The notes under the pieces were generated by a model. That model saw only the letters and a program-made list of their open reading frames with translations, did not search any database and had not been told where the DNA came from. Positions 1 through 7,714 of a stretch of DNA of 44,551 bases are shown piece after piece. The translations under genes were made by a program, and so were the position numbers. Position 1 is the stretch's first letter, and the number at the start of each line of letters is the position of its first letter. This stretch comes from Escherichia phage phiWAO78-1, in sequence record MW331437.1; one strand, given 5' to 3'.

Positions 1-13
1 TATAACTGATACA

Positions 14-34
14 AGCCCTCTACGGAGGGCTTTT
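14..34 (+). terminator. Rho-independent terminator-like hairpin (AGCCCTC-TACG-GAGGGC + TTTT)
   Basis: GC stem 14-20/25-30 followed by T-run 31-34, directly upstream of the packaging genes. Confidence 0.5.
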
Positions 35-35
35 C

Positions 36-65
36 TGTACATCCCGCCCAATCCCCTTATATAAT
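36..65 (+). promoter_or_regulatory. Candidate sigma70-type promoter for the packaging/structural operon (TGTACA-N18-TATAAT)
   Basis: Consensus -10 TATAAT at 60-65, weak -35 TGTACA at 36-41, 18-nt spacer; about 65 nt upstream of TerS start. Confidence 0.35.
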
Positions 66-71
66 CCCTTT

Positions 72-90
72 AGACGCGTAGGGCGCGTCT
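72..90 (+). promoter_or_regulatory. Perfect 7-bp inverted repeat AGACGCG-N5-CGCGTCT just downstream of the candidate promoter
   Basis: Read directly; sits at the predicted 5' leader of the terS transcript; possible operator, leader hairpin or packaging-related site. Confidence 0.3.
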
Positions 91-130
91 GGTGCGCTCT
101 GATGGTCAGACGCATATGCAAGGGGATTCT

Positions 131-640
131 ATGAAGCTGAAACTCAAGCAGCCATCGCCAGAGGTGGTGCAAGCTGCACATGAAGAAGCTGTTAGCGCAA
201 ACCGTCGCCGTAGACGACCGCGCGGCAAACAGAGCCTTTATCAATCATCCCGTAATTCCGCAGCATTGTGGGACCCGGACTATTGCGACGAATTGATTCG
301 TTTCTTCGACCGCACGTCGTGGGAACTTGTGCCTACGTCTAAGGGCGACGAACGCCCACTGATTCAGGATAAACCGCCATCACTGGCCCGCTTCGCCTTA
401 CACATCGGCGTCACTATCCCGATTATTAAGCTGTGGCTGCGCGAGATTCCCGCATTTGCCGAAGCCTACGAGACAGCTCAAGCGCTGGAAGAGGCATATT
501 TCACTGAGACAGGGGCCGCGGGTATCTCTGCTACGTTCGCTGCGGCTAAGTTGGGGCTGAATAAAACAGTTGCCGCCGAAGAAGTACGCGACGAGCCAAT
601 CAGTGAAGTAACAATTAAGGTGGTGTCCGGTGAACGTTAA
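131..640 (+). CDS. Terminase small subunit (putative)
   Basis: ORF immediately upstream of and overlapping TerL; Arg-rich basic stretch RRRRRPRGK; start chosen at ATG 131 with GGGGA SD (ORF is open from 92). Confidence 0.5.
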   Translation: MKLKLKQPSPEVVQAAHEEAVSANRRRRRPRGKQSLYQSSRNSAALWDPDYCDELIRFFDRTSWELVPTSKGDERPLIQDKPPSLARFALHIGVTIPIIKLWLREIPAFAEAYETAQALEEAYFTETGAAGISATFAAAKLGLNKTVAAEEVRDEPISEVTIKVVSGER

Positions 641-1901
641 TATCACGGCAACGGAACCGCAAGGCGCATTTCTCGGTATGCATTGCAAGTTCCCCGCGTT
701 CGTAGCTGGCTTCGGCACCGGGAAATCCGAAGTTATGTGTAACTCCGCGCTACTGGACAGCATGGAAGGCGGCAGCGATTCTATCATCGCCATGTATGAG
801 CCAACTTATGACCTGGTGCGCCTCATCCTTGCGCCTCGTATGGAAGAGAAGCTGACGGACTGGGGTATCCGATACAAATACAATAAGTCTGACAACATAA
901 TCTATACGTCATCCGGTCAATTTGGGGATTTTGTCCTGCGTACATTAGATAATCCGGCACGAATCGTTGGCTACGAATCGTTTCGTGCAAAAATCGACGA
1001 ATTGGACACCCTTAACATGGAACACGCGGAGCACGCGTGGAATAAAGTCATAGCCCGCAATCGTCAGCTACCGCGGACGTATAAACCTATTACCCCAAAA
1101 CCGGCTAATACCGTTTCCGTGTTCACTACGCCGGAAGGGTTCCGTTTCGTACATGACCGCTGGGTAGTCAAAAAGAATCCGGGCTATGAGATGATTCAGG
1201 CATCCACCCTGTCGAACCCTTTCCTGCCAGAAGATTATGTGCAGTCATTGCGTGACACATACCCCGGTCAGTTGATTGACGCCTACATCAACGGCGAGTT
1301 CGTAAACCTCACGGCGGGGACGGTCTACTACGCTTACGACCGCAGGAAAAACAGCAGCCGCGAAACAATCAAGCCTGGCGAGACTCTGTATATTGGACAG
1401 GACTTTAACGTAGGACACATGGCGAGCACAGTTTACGTGCAACGCGGTAAGGTATGGCATGCTGTAGCCGAGTTGGTTGATATGTTCGATACGCCGGATG
1501 TAGTGCGGGCCATAACTGAGCGATGGAAAAGTAAGGGCCACTATATCGTTATGTACCCGGACGCCAGCGGTAAAAACCGTAAAAGCAACAACGCCAGTAC
1601 CTCAGACATCGCTCAGCTACAGCAGGCCGGTTTCGAAGTACGCACTAAATCGACAAACCCACCGGTTAAAGACCGCGTATCTGCGATGAATAAGGCGCTT
1701 GAATCTGGTATGGTCATGATTAATGAACAGGCTTGCCCAGTTACGGCGCGATGCCTGGAGCAACAGGCTTACGACAGGAACGGCGAACCGGATAAATCCG
1801 GCGGCGTGGACCACCAGAATGACGGAACCACATACCCTATCGCGTATGAGATGCCGGTGGTTAAACCAGTAATCAACATCCCGGTGACTTTCGCACTTTA
1901 A
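630..1901 (+). CDS. Terminase large subunit
   Basis: 423 aa, Walker A-like GFGTGKS near N-terminus, GTG start overlapping terS stop, followed by portal gene. Confidence 0.8.
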   Translation: MNVNITATEPQGAFLGMHCKFPAFVAGFGTGKSEVMCNSALLDSMEGGSDSIIAMYEPTYDLVRLILAPRMEEKLTDWGIRYKYNKSDNIIYTSSGQFGDFVLRTLDNPARIVGYESFRAKIDELDTLNMEHAEHAWNKVIARNRQLPRTYKPITPKPANTVSVFTTPEGFRFVHDRWVVKKNPGYEMIQASTLSNPFLPEDYVQSLRDTYPGQLIDAYINGEFVNLTAGTVYYAYDRRKNSSRETIKPGETLYIGQDFNVGHMASTVYVQRGKVWHAVAELVDMFDTPDVVRAITERWKSKGHYIVMYPDASGKNRKSNNASTSDIAQLQQAGFEVRTKSTNPPVKDRVSAMNKALESGMVMINEQACPVTARCLEQQAYDRNGEPDKSGGVDHQNDGTTYPIAYEMPVVKPVINIPVTFAL

Positions 1902-1913
1902 GAGGATTATTCA

Positions 1914-3383
1914 ATGTTAATTATGAACGGTCAGAATCAGGGTGTTAAGACAAAACACCAGGAGTGGCTGCATCACTTTAATAAATGGCAGAAGGTACGA
2001 CACGCGCTGGAAGGCGACCTTATTCGTTATTTGCGCAACGTCGGAAAGAACGAACCTGACCCAACTTACGCCGCCCAGCGTCAGGAAGAATATGAGAACG
2101 GCGCTATCTGCTACAACTTCACTAAACGTACCCTGGCCGGGATGGTCGGCAGTGTCATGCGCAAAGACCCCGAGCAAATTATTCCGCGTGAACTGGAGTA
2201 CCTGTTACGTAATGCTGACGGTTCAGGCGTTGGGCTGTGGCAGCACGCGCAGGACACGCTGATGGAGATTGACTCGGTAGGCCGTGGTGGGCTGCTGGTG
2301 GACGCGCCGGAGACAGCCGCGGCAACGGCAGCCGAACAGAACGCAGGATTATTAAACCCGGTCATCGCATTCTATACCGCAGAGAACATCATCAACTGGC
2401 GGCTGACCCGCGTCGGTTCGGTTAACCGTGTGACAATGGTCGTGCTGCGTGAGGTATGGGAATATTCAGAACCGGGGGCAGAGTTCGAAACCAAGTTCGG
2501 TGAGCAATACCGCGTTCTCGATTTGATTGACGGGCGCTACCGCCAGCGCATTTACCGCTTCGACGCTGAAGGTGGTGCCCAGGATGAAGTAATCGAAATA
2601 TTCCCGGAACTCGGCGAACAGTTGCGCGGTAAAATCCCGTTCACCTTCATTGGGGCAAGCAACAACGACGCTACTATCGACGACGCCCCTTTGCTGCCGT
2701 TGGCTGAGCTTAACATCGGGCATTTCCGCAACAGTGCGGACAATGAGGAATCCAGCTTCGTTGTAGGCCAGCCAACCCTGTTTATTGCCCCGGGCGAGAA
2801 CATGAGCATGGAACAGTGGAAAGAAGCCAACCCCCACGGCGTGCGTATGGGGTCGCGCTCAGGTCATAACATTGGCTACGGCGGCAATGCGTTTCTGGTT
2901 CAGGCAGGAGAGAACAACCTAGCCAAGCAGAACATGCTGGATAAAGAGAATCAGGCCATCCAGATTGGTGCGCAGCTTATCACCCCGACGCAGCAAATCA
3001 CCGCAGAATCGGCCCGCCTGCAACGTGGTGCGGATACGTCCGTTATGGCAACAATCGCGCGTAACGTAAGCATGGCGTACACCGATGCGTTGCGCTGGGT
3101 AGCTGCGATGCTTGGATTGCGTGAAGACACAGAGATTGAATTCAAGCTGAATATGGAGTTCTTCTTGCAACCGATGACCGCGCCCGAACGAGCGCAGTGG
3201 ATGGCGGATATTAACGCTGGCCTGCTGCCTGCTACTGCTTACTACGCGGCATTGCGTAAGGCGGGGGTAACTGACTGGACTGACGAGGACATTCAGAACG
3301 CTATCGAGGACGCACCACTGCCGTTAGGTGCTGTCACTCAGGTGGCGGGGGAGATTCCGCAGTCGGCACAGCAACAGGAGTAA
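1914..3383 (+). CDS. Portal protein
   Basis: 489 aa ORF directly after TerL with AAGAGGA SD; size and position typical of portal. Confidence 0.75.
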   Translation: MLIMNGQNQGVKTKHQEWLHHFNKWQKVRHALEGDLIRYLRNVGKNEPDPTYAAQRQEEYENGAICYNFTKRTLAGMVGSVMRKDPEQIIPRELEYLLRNADGSGVGLWQHAQDTLMEIDSVGRGGLLVDAPETAAATAAEQNAGLLNPVIAFYTAENIINWRLTRVGSVNRVTMVVLREVWEYSEPGAEFETKFGEQYRVLDLIDGRYRQRIYRFDAEGGAQDEVIEIFPELGEQLRGKIPFTFIGASNNDATIDDAPLLPLAELNIGHFRNSADNEESSFVVGQPTLFIAPGENMSMEQWKEANPHGVRMGSRSGHNIGYGGNAFLVQAGENNLAKQNMLDKENQAIQIGAQLITPTQQITAESARLQRGADTSVMATIARNVSMAYTDALRWVAAMLGLREDTEIEFKLNMEFFLQPMTAPERAQWMADINAGLLPATAYYAALRKAGVTDWTDEDIQNAIEDAPLPLGAVTQVAGEIPQSAQQQE

Positions 3384-3391
3384 AATGGGAA

Positions 3392-3415
3392 AGCCCCGTT
3401 ATGGGGCTTTAACTT
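3392..3415 (+). terminator. Terminator-like hairpin after portal gene
   Basis: AGCCCC-GTTAT-GGGGCT stem-loop followed by T-containing tract; U-tract is imperfect. Confidence 0.4.
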
Positions 3416-3718
3416 TCCAGACTTCCCTGAGCGCTACGAGTTTATGATTGCCGATATCTCTCGATATTATTGAATCAGTAAAGCCATTGAACCATGACTT
3501 CATCCAGTCAGACGTTCTAAAATCGGCGTACAGAATGTGTATTGTTTGTGGGGCGTCAACGTTGTAATGTTGGCAGACATAAATGCATCCGCTGGAGATT
3601 ATAATAGCTTTGAACGTATCGTAGTCTTCTGAATCCGGGAACTCGCTAGAATCCCCGACAAGATATCTGTACGCGTATTTTTTTTATTCGTCTTTTTTCT
3701 TTTCCGCATAGTACTTTC

Positions 3719-3958
3719 TCAGAAGTGCCTGACTGGTTGTTTAAACTTCCAGTCACAATCTACATGTTTAATAGCACCTTTCGCAACAAGACTGTCTATA
3801 AATTCCGGCCCTGAATTTGTCTTGTACCATGTGTATCTGTTGCCGACTTTTACGTTTGGGAGGCTGTGGTACACAACATCACCAACCACCATAAAAGAAA
3901 CACCGATAGCCCCTTTTTCTGCATAAAGTTTTTTAGCAATACCCCTCATGTATAACAT
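3719..3958 (-). CDS. Hypothetical protein (accessory cassette A)
   Basis: 79 aa ORF on opposite strand to the flanking structural genes, second gene behind promoter element A. Confidence 0.4.
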   Translation of the reverse strand: MLYMRGIAKKLYAEKGAIGVSFMVVGDVVYHSLPNVKVGNRYTWYKTNSGPEFIDSLVAKGAIKHVDCDWKFKQPVRHF

Positions 3959-3969
3959 CTCCTGCGTAG

Positions 3970-4164
3970 TTAGTAAGGTAAGGCCTTGCGAATTGTATAC
4001 CCATATCCGAGGTAGCCGTTTTCCTCTTGCATAGCGGAGGCACGCAGCAGAGCAGCATTCTCGCCTTTTACTACAGCTACCACATAATCCGTAGAGTCTG
4101 GGCCGTTTTCTACAACTCCATACGCCTGTACGTTCTTGGTGGTAAGTTCATATGTGTTAGTCAT
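3970..4164 (-). CDS. Hypothetical protein (accessory cassette A)
   Basis: 64 aa ORF; ATG 4164 preceded by AGGAA SD and the conserved promoter element A. Confidence 0.45.
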   Translation of the reverse strand: MTNTYELTTKNVQAYGVVENGPDSTDYVVAVVKGENAALLRASAMQEENGYLGYGYTIRKALPY

Positions 4165-4195
4165 TTCTAAATTCCTTATCTCTCGTTTCGATAAC

Positions 4196-4228
4196 TGAAT
4201 AGTACCCTATTATATTGGGGTCTGCAAA
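4196..4228 (-). promoter_or_regulatory. Class-1 conserved promoter-like element, copy A (TTGCAG-N17-TACTAT with AATAG-N4-CTATT dyad)
   Basis: 33-bp element shared with copies at 6082, 15681, 37611, 39002; about 35 nt upstream of the minus-strand ATG at 4164. Confidence 0.6.
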
Positions 4229-4271
4229 TATTATTTTTATGCGTTACACTGGCGATACCACAGGAGGGCAT

Positions 4272-5315
4272 ATGAGCTTACTTACATCCCTAATCAGCCA
4301 CCAGATATGGCTGCAACGCACCGCATCCGGCGAAGTGAAAGACCTTGCACCATTTCTTCAGGAAATGCGGGACGAAATCAAACGGCAGGTCCTGTTATTC
4401 GGTGACGACGGGCGAAGCACTGCGCGACTGAATAAACTGTTACGCGACCTTGAAGAAGCACTGGCAGGACTTACCGGTGACTGGCAAACAAAGCTGACAG
4501 AAGACCTTAAGGAACTGGCGGCATATGAAGCAGAGTGGAACGTAAAAACGCTAACGGCTAGCGTTAACGCGGAATTTGTTACACCTACCGCCGAACAGGT
4601 GTGGGCCGCTGCCGAGTTTCAACCGCTCTCATTGAGCGACAAGCCTGTCGATTTCACTAAGTTGATGTCCGGTTGGGGTGAAGCCGAAGTCGCTCGCCTT
4701 GTAACAGGCGTTAAGATGGGTTTCGTACAAGGTCAGACGACACGGCAGATTGTTAAGAATGTCGTAGGCGCGGGCGGGCTGGCTGACATCTCCGAGCGAA
4801 ACGCCGCTACAGTAATACGTACTGCGCTATCGCACGTGTCCAACGAAGCCCGCAACGAGACGTACAGGCAAAACGACGACATCATCGAGAAGTACGAATG
4901 GGTGTCAACGCTGGACAGTCGTACCAGTACGATTTGCAGAGCCAGAGACGGAATGACGTGGGAAATTGGTATGGGGCCGATGCCCCCCGCCCATCCGAAC
5001 TGTCGATCGTGCACAGCCCCGGTAATTAGCTCGGAGTTCGACTTCCTCGATAAAGGCGCGAAACGTGCAGCTAAGGGTGCGGAAGGTGGTACCCAGGTGA
5101 GCGCGGACACCGCCTATTATGAGTTCCTTAAACAACAACCGGCATGGTTTCAGGACCAGGCACTAGGGCCGGTTCGCGGTAAGATTTTCCGCAACAGCGG
5201 TATATCGCCGGAAGAGTTTCGCGTAATATCTGTAGATGGTTTCGGGAATCCGCTCACGCTTAAGCAGATGGCGGAACTCGATAAACGTGTCGCTGATTAT
5301 CTGAAAGGGGAATAA
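4272..5315 (+). CDS. Head morphogenesis protein (phage Mu F / SPP1 gp7-like minor head protein)
   Basis: Region TLDSRTSTICRARDG...PPAHPNCRSCT resembles the conserved C-terminal signature of this family; position after portal; start at ATG 4272 with GGAGGG SD (ORF open from 4215). Confidence 0.7.
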   Translation: MSLLTSLISHQIWLQRTASGEVKDLAPFLQEMRDEIKRQVLLFGDDGRSTARLNKLLRDLEEALAGLTGDWQTKLTEDLKELAAYEAEWNVKTLTASVNAEFVTPTAEQVWAAAEFQPLSLSDKPVDFTKLMSGWGEAEVARLVTGVKMGFVQGQTTRQIVKNVVGAGGLADISERNAATVIRTALSHVSNEARNETYRQNDDIIEKYEWVSTLDSRTSTICRARDGMTWEIGMGPMPPAHPNCRSCTAPVISSEFDFLDKGAKRAAKGAEGGTQVSADTAYYEFLKQQPAWFQDQALGPVRGKIFRNSGISPEEFRVISVDGFGNPLTLKQMAELDKRVADYLKGE

Positions 5316-5776
5316 TGATGGGCTTTTTCAAAGTAACCGATGTACCGTCGCGTCGTGTTGTCCAGTACGCCCGCGTGTCTGGCTCCGGTGAGAACGTTGT
5401 GTTTATTGAAGATGAAAGTGTACTTGGTACACCGGTAGACGATATGCCGTTTGCGGATAAGACCGGTATCGCGCTACCAGCGGCTGGTATGCTTTATGAG
5501 ATTCCGTATCTGGCTGATGCTGGCGACGTGTACTTCTCTGTGCAACCGAAAGACACTGAACTGGCTGACGGCAGCGCAACCATCACTGTCGAAGTTAAGG
5601 CGGGCAAAGCGCCATACGCGCTTACCTGGTACAAAGACGGCAAGGAAGTGGTAAACGCCCCGGAAGAGGCTTTGTCTCTGACGGTTAATGTAGTCGGTGA
5701 ATACTTCGTTAAAGTTACTGATGCTGATGGCGTAGAGGCAGTTAGCAAAGCGGCGAAGGTCACTAAACCGGAATAA
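5315..5776 (+). CDS. Ig-like domain-containing structural protein (putative)
   Basis: C-terminal motif YALTWYKDGKEV...GEYFVKVTD resembles immunoglobulin-like domains; start overlaps stop of upstream gene (TAATGATG). Confidence 0.45.
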   Translation: MMGFFKVTDVPSRRVVQYARVSGSGENVVFIEDESVLGTPVDDMPFADKTGIALPAAGMLYEIPYLADAGDVYFSVQPKDTELADGSATITVEVKAGKAPYALTWYKDGKEVVNAPEEALSLTVNVVGEYFVKVTDADGVEAVSKAAKVTKPE

Positions 5777-5777
5777 A

Positions 5778-5805
5778 CTGAGGCCCCGAAAGGGGCCTCA
5801 GTTTT
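5778..5805. terminator. Bidirectional rho-independent terminator (CTGAGGCCCC-GAAA-GGGGCCTCAG)
   Basis: 10-bp perfect GC-rich stem with T-runs on both strands, between convergent genes ending at 5776 and 5804. Confidence 0.75.
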
Positions 5806-6055
5806 AATACCCAGTCTCTTGGGTTAAGTTAATCTCTTTATTCCAGACGTTTCGGTCATACTTTTCACGAATCTGGCGCATACTTCTGCCGACCGCGGCG
5901 GATAGAGACGTATCCCCATCTTCTTGCGCGTCCAATTGAATCCGCCGAAGCCCAATATACGCCGAAATATCGCCGCGTAATTCGGCCTGTTCATACTCTT
6001 TTTTAAGAAAAGAACCAAGGTCCTGTACACGATGTTTTGCTGGTTTCGTAATCAT
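5804..6055 (-). CDS. Hypothetical protein (accessory cassette B)
   Basis: 83 aa ORF; ATG 6055 with GAGGAGAG SD about 25 nt downstream of conserved promoter element B. Confidence 0.45.
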   Translation of the reverse strand: MITKPAKHRVQDLGSFLKKEYEQAELRGDISAYIGLRRIQLDAQEDGDTSLSAAVGRSMRQIREKYDRNVWNKEINLTQETGY

Positions 6056-6081
6056 TTCTTCTCTCCTCTTGTTGGTGTGAA

Positions 6082-6114
6082 TGAATAGTACCCTATTATA
6101 TTGGGGTGTGCAAA
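6082..6114 (-). promoter_or_regulatory. Class-1 conserved promoter-like element, copy B
   Basis: TTTGCACACCCCAATATAATAGGGTACTATTCA on the minus strand; the best match to the family consensus. Confidence 0.6.
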
Positions 6115-6179
6115 CTATTTGTTTACGTATTCCAGTTATTCAACTGATTTGTAAATGATGGAATAAACTATTCGAATAG

Positions 6180-6208
6180 TTGACTTTTCACTAAAAATGT
6201 GCTAAGCT
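6180..6208 (+). promoter_or_regulatory. Candidate sigma70 promoter (TTGACT-N17-TAAGCT) preceded by palindrome CTATTCGAATAG
   Basis: Good -35 with 17-nt spacing and a weak -10; palindrome 6168-6179 abuts the -35. Confidence 0.3.
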
Positions 6209-6214
6209 CCACCT

Positions 6215-6412
6215 GAGCTTGTGAAGTATGAACAAGCGACCGCGGCGCGGGCAGGTAACGGAGCGGGACGTAAGTCCTGAGTGTAGTTACGCTGACGCGT
6301 TCGGAAGGGCCGTACTCTATTGCTTGTGTAAAAAGTAACTGGTTTACTGAGATTACGCCGTTTCTATGTTTAAATGATAAGGCCTAGCGCCCCGCTTTAC
6401 GGCGGGGCTTTA
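6215..6412 (+). ncRNA. Candidate small non-coding RNA or leader transcript (about 200 nt)
   Basis: Promoter-like element at 6180-6208 and intrinsic terminator at 6389-6415 bracket a region with no ORF of 60 aa or more (only a 36-codon basic ORF from 6228 lacking a clear SD). Confidence 0.25.
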
Positions 6413-6415
6413 CTT
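6389..6415 (+). terminator. Rho-independent terminator (GCCCCGC-loop-GCGGGGC + TTTACTT)
   Basis: 7-bp GC stem followed by T-rich tract, 18 nt upstream of the spanin start. Confidence 0.6.
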
Positions 6416-6432
6416 ATCGAGAAAGGAGAAAC

Positions 6433-6819
6433 ATGAATCTTAAAGCAACTGTCGTAGCGGGGGCGTGTTTCATCATCCTGGCTTACGCACACGGCCTCTA
6501 CCAGTATCGCATCGGCTGGAATGAAGGCCGGGCGAATCTCGTTTCGCAGCAACAGCAGAAAGCACAGGCTGAGTTAGCGAAGAAAACACAACGGCAGCAG
6601 CAGGACGAATCGAAGGCCGCCGCCGCTGACAACGAAGGCAAGACGAAATCAGAGGTAATTACCCGTGAAGTCGTTAAGTACATTAAAACGCCTGGCCGCA
6701 GCGTGTGCACTTTTGACCCTGAGCGCGTGCGGCTCAAGTCCCGCGCCGTCGCAAACGCCAATTCCATCCCCGGATACGACGATGATGCAGCCGCCGTGCA
6801 AACTGGCACCGCCAAGTAG
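6433..6819 (+). CDS. i-spanin (Rz-like inner-membrane spanin component)
   Basis: N-terminal transmembrane segment VVAGACFIILAYA followed by Q/K/A-rich coiled-coil-like region; a lipoprotein ORF overlaps in the +1 frame. Confidence 0.6.
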   Translation: MNLKATVVAGACFIILAYAHGLYQYRIGWNEGRANLVSQQQQKAQAELAKKTQRQQQDESKAAAADNEGKTKSEVITREVVKYIKTPGRSVCTFDPERVRLKSRAVANANSIPGYDDDAAAVQTGTAK

Positions 6820-6928
6820 CGACGCTGACGAGGATTTAGCTATCGACGTTCAGAATGCCGAATGTGCACGGCAACTGAGACTGAAAGTGTTCATGTTGCA
6901 GGATTACGTGAGGAATATTCTGGAATAG
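6665..6928 (+). CDS. o-spanin (Rz1-like outer-membrane lipoprotein), overlapping the i-spanin gene in another frame
   Basis: Lipoprotein signal MKSLSTLKRLAAACALLTLSAC with lipobox LSAC; Pro-rich mature part; GTG start with GAGGT SD 8 nt upstream; begins inside 6433-6819 and extends past it. Confidence 0.6.
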   Translation: MKSLSTLKRLAAACALLTLSACGSSPAPSQTPIPSPDTTMMQPPCKLAPPSSDADEDLAIDVQNAECARQLRLKVFMLQDYVRNILE

Positions 6929-7010
6929 TTGCCTTGCATGTTGGAATAATTTATTCTTGACATGTAAATCCGGGCGGCCCGGGTTCCAACGTCCAGGGGA
7001 CATACTGACT

Positions 7011-7712
7011 ATGAATCGTTTTTTACGTTATCCGTTCCAGGAAGAAGCTGGAGCAGAAGATAAAGCTGGCGGCGGTGACGCGCCGAAAATGTTCACCGCT
7101 GAAGAAGTTCAGGCGCTGATTGAGAAAGAAGTCGCCGGGCTTAAGGCTAATCAGGAAGCGTTACTTGCGGAGAAGAAAGAAGCCGCTCGTAAAGCAAAAG
7201 AGGCCGAAGAAGAACGGCAGCGTGCCCATCAGGAGGCGTTAAAAGCCGCTGGTAAGATGGACGAGTTCGAAAAAACGATTCGTAGCCAGTATGACCCGGT
7301 GTTAGCCGAGAAAGACGGTCGCATCTCCAAAATGGCAGAGCGTATCCTCGGCAGCGAACGTAAGGCGGTGTTAGGCTCTTTCGCGGGCGACTTTATCACC
7401 CCGGAAGCAGTAGACATTCTTGCTCCGTTCGTTAAAACTGAGTTCGAAGGCGATGATGTGGTTACTAAGTTTGTTGGCGCAGACGGCAACGTAATCACGA
7501 CTGACCCGGAACAGTTCCGCAAATATCTGCGCGAACACAAAGCGTTTTCGCATTTGATTAAAGCAAATGCAGCTTCCGGCGGCGGGGCTTCCGGTGGCAA
7601 AGGCGGCGGGGCCGCACCAGCGTTTAAAGACATGAGTGAAGCGGAGCGTTTAGCTCTGTATAAATCGAACCCTGCCGAATTTGAACGGCAACTTAAAGCC
7701 CTGAGGAAATAA
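7011..7712 (+). CDS. Scaffolding protein (putative)
   Basis: Charged, Ala/Glu/Lys-rich helical protein with Gly-rich C-terminus immediately upstream of the major capsid gene; start at ATG 7011 (ORF open from 6957). Confidence 0.55.
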   Translation: MNRFLRYPFQEEAGAEDKAGGGDAPKMFTAEEVQALIEKEVAGLKANQEALLAEKKEAARKAKEAEEERQRAHQEALKAAGKMDEFEKTIRSQYDPVLAEKDGRISKMAERILGSERKAVLGSFAGDFITPEAVDILAPFVKTEFEGDDVVTKFVGADGNVITTDPEQFRKYLREHKAFSHLIKANAASGGGASGGKGGGAAPAFKDMSEAERLALYKSNPAEFERQLKALRK

Positions 7713-7714
7713 TA

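Noticed and set aside
398-793. 131-aa minus-strand ORF across the terS/terL junction
   Set aside because: Antisense shadow ORF overlapping two well-supported genes.
4196-4228. Class-1 elements as T7-type single-subunit RNAP promoters
   Set aside because: No resemblance to the T7/T3/SP6 promoter consensus and no phage RNAP gene in the window; sigma70-like hexamer spacing fits a host-RNAP promoter with an added regulator better.
6228-6340. Possible tRNA or small basic peptide in the putative sRNA region
   Set aside because: No recognisable T-loop (GTTCGAATC-like) or cloverleaf arrangement; the 36-codon ORF has no convincing SD. Kept only as part of the ncRNA candidate.
6957-6985. Consensus TTGACA -35 hexamer upstream of the scaffold gene
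   Set aside because: No acceptable -10 hexamer at 16-18 nt spacing, so not called a promoter; the adjacent CCGGGCGGCCCGG palindrome is noted but unexplained.
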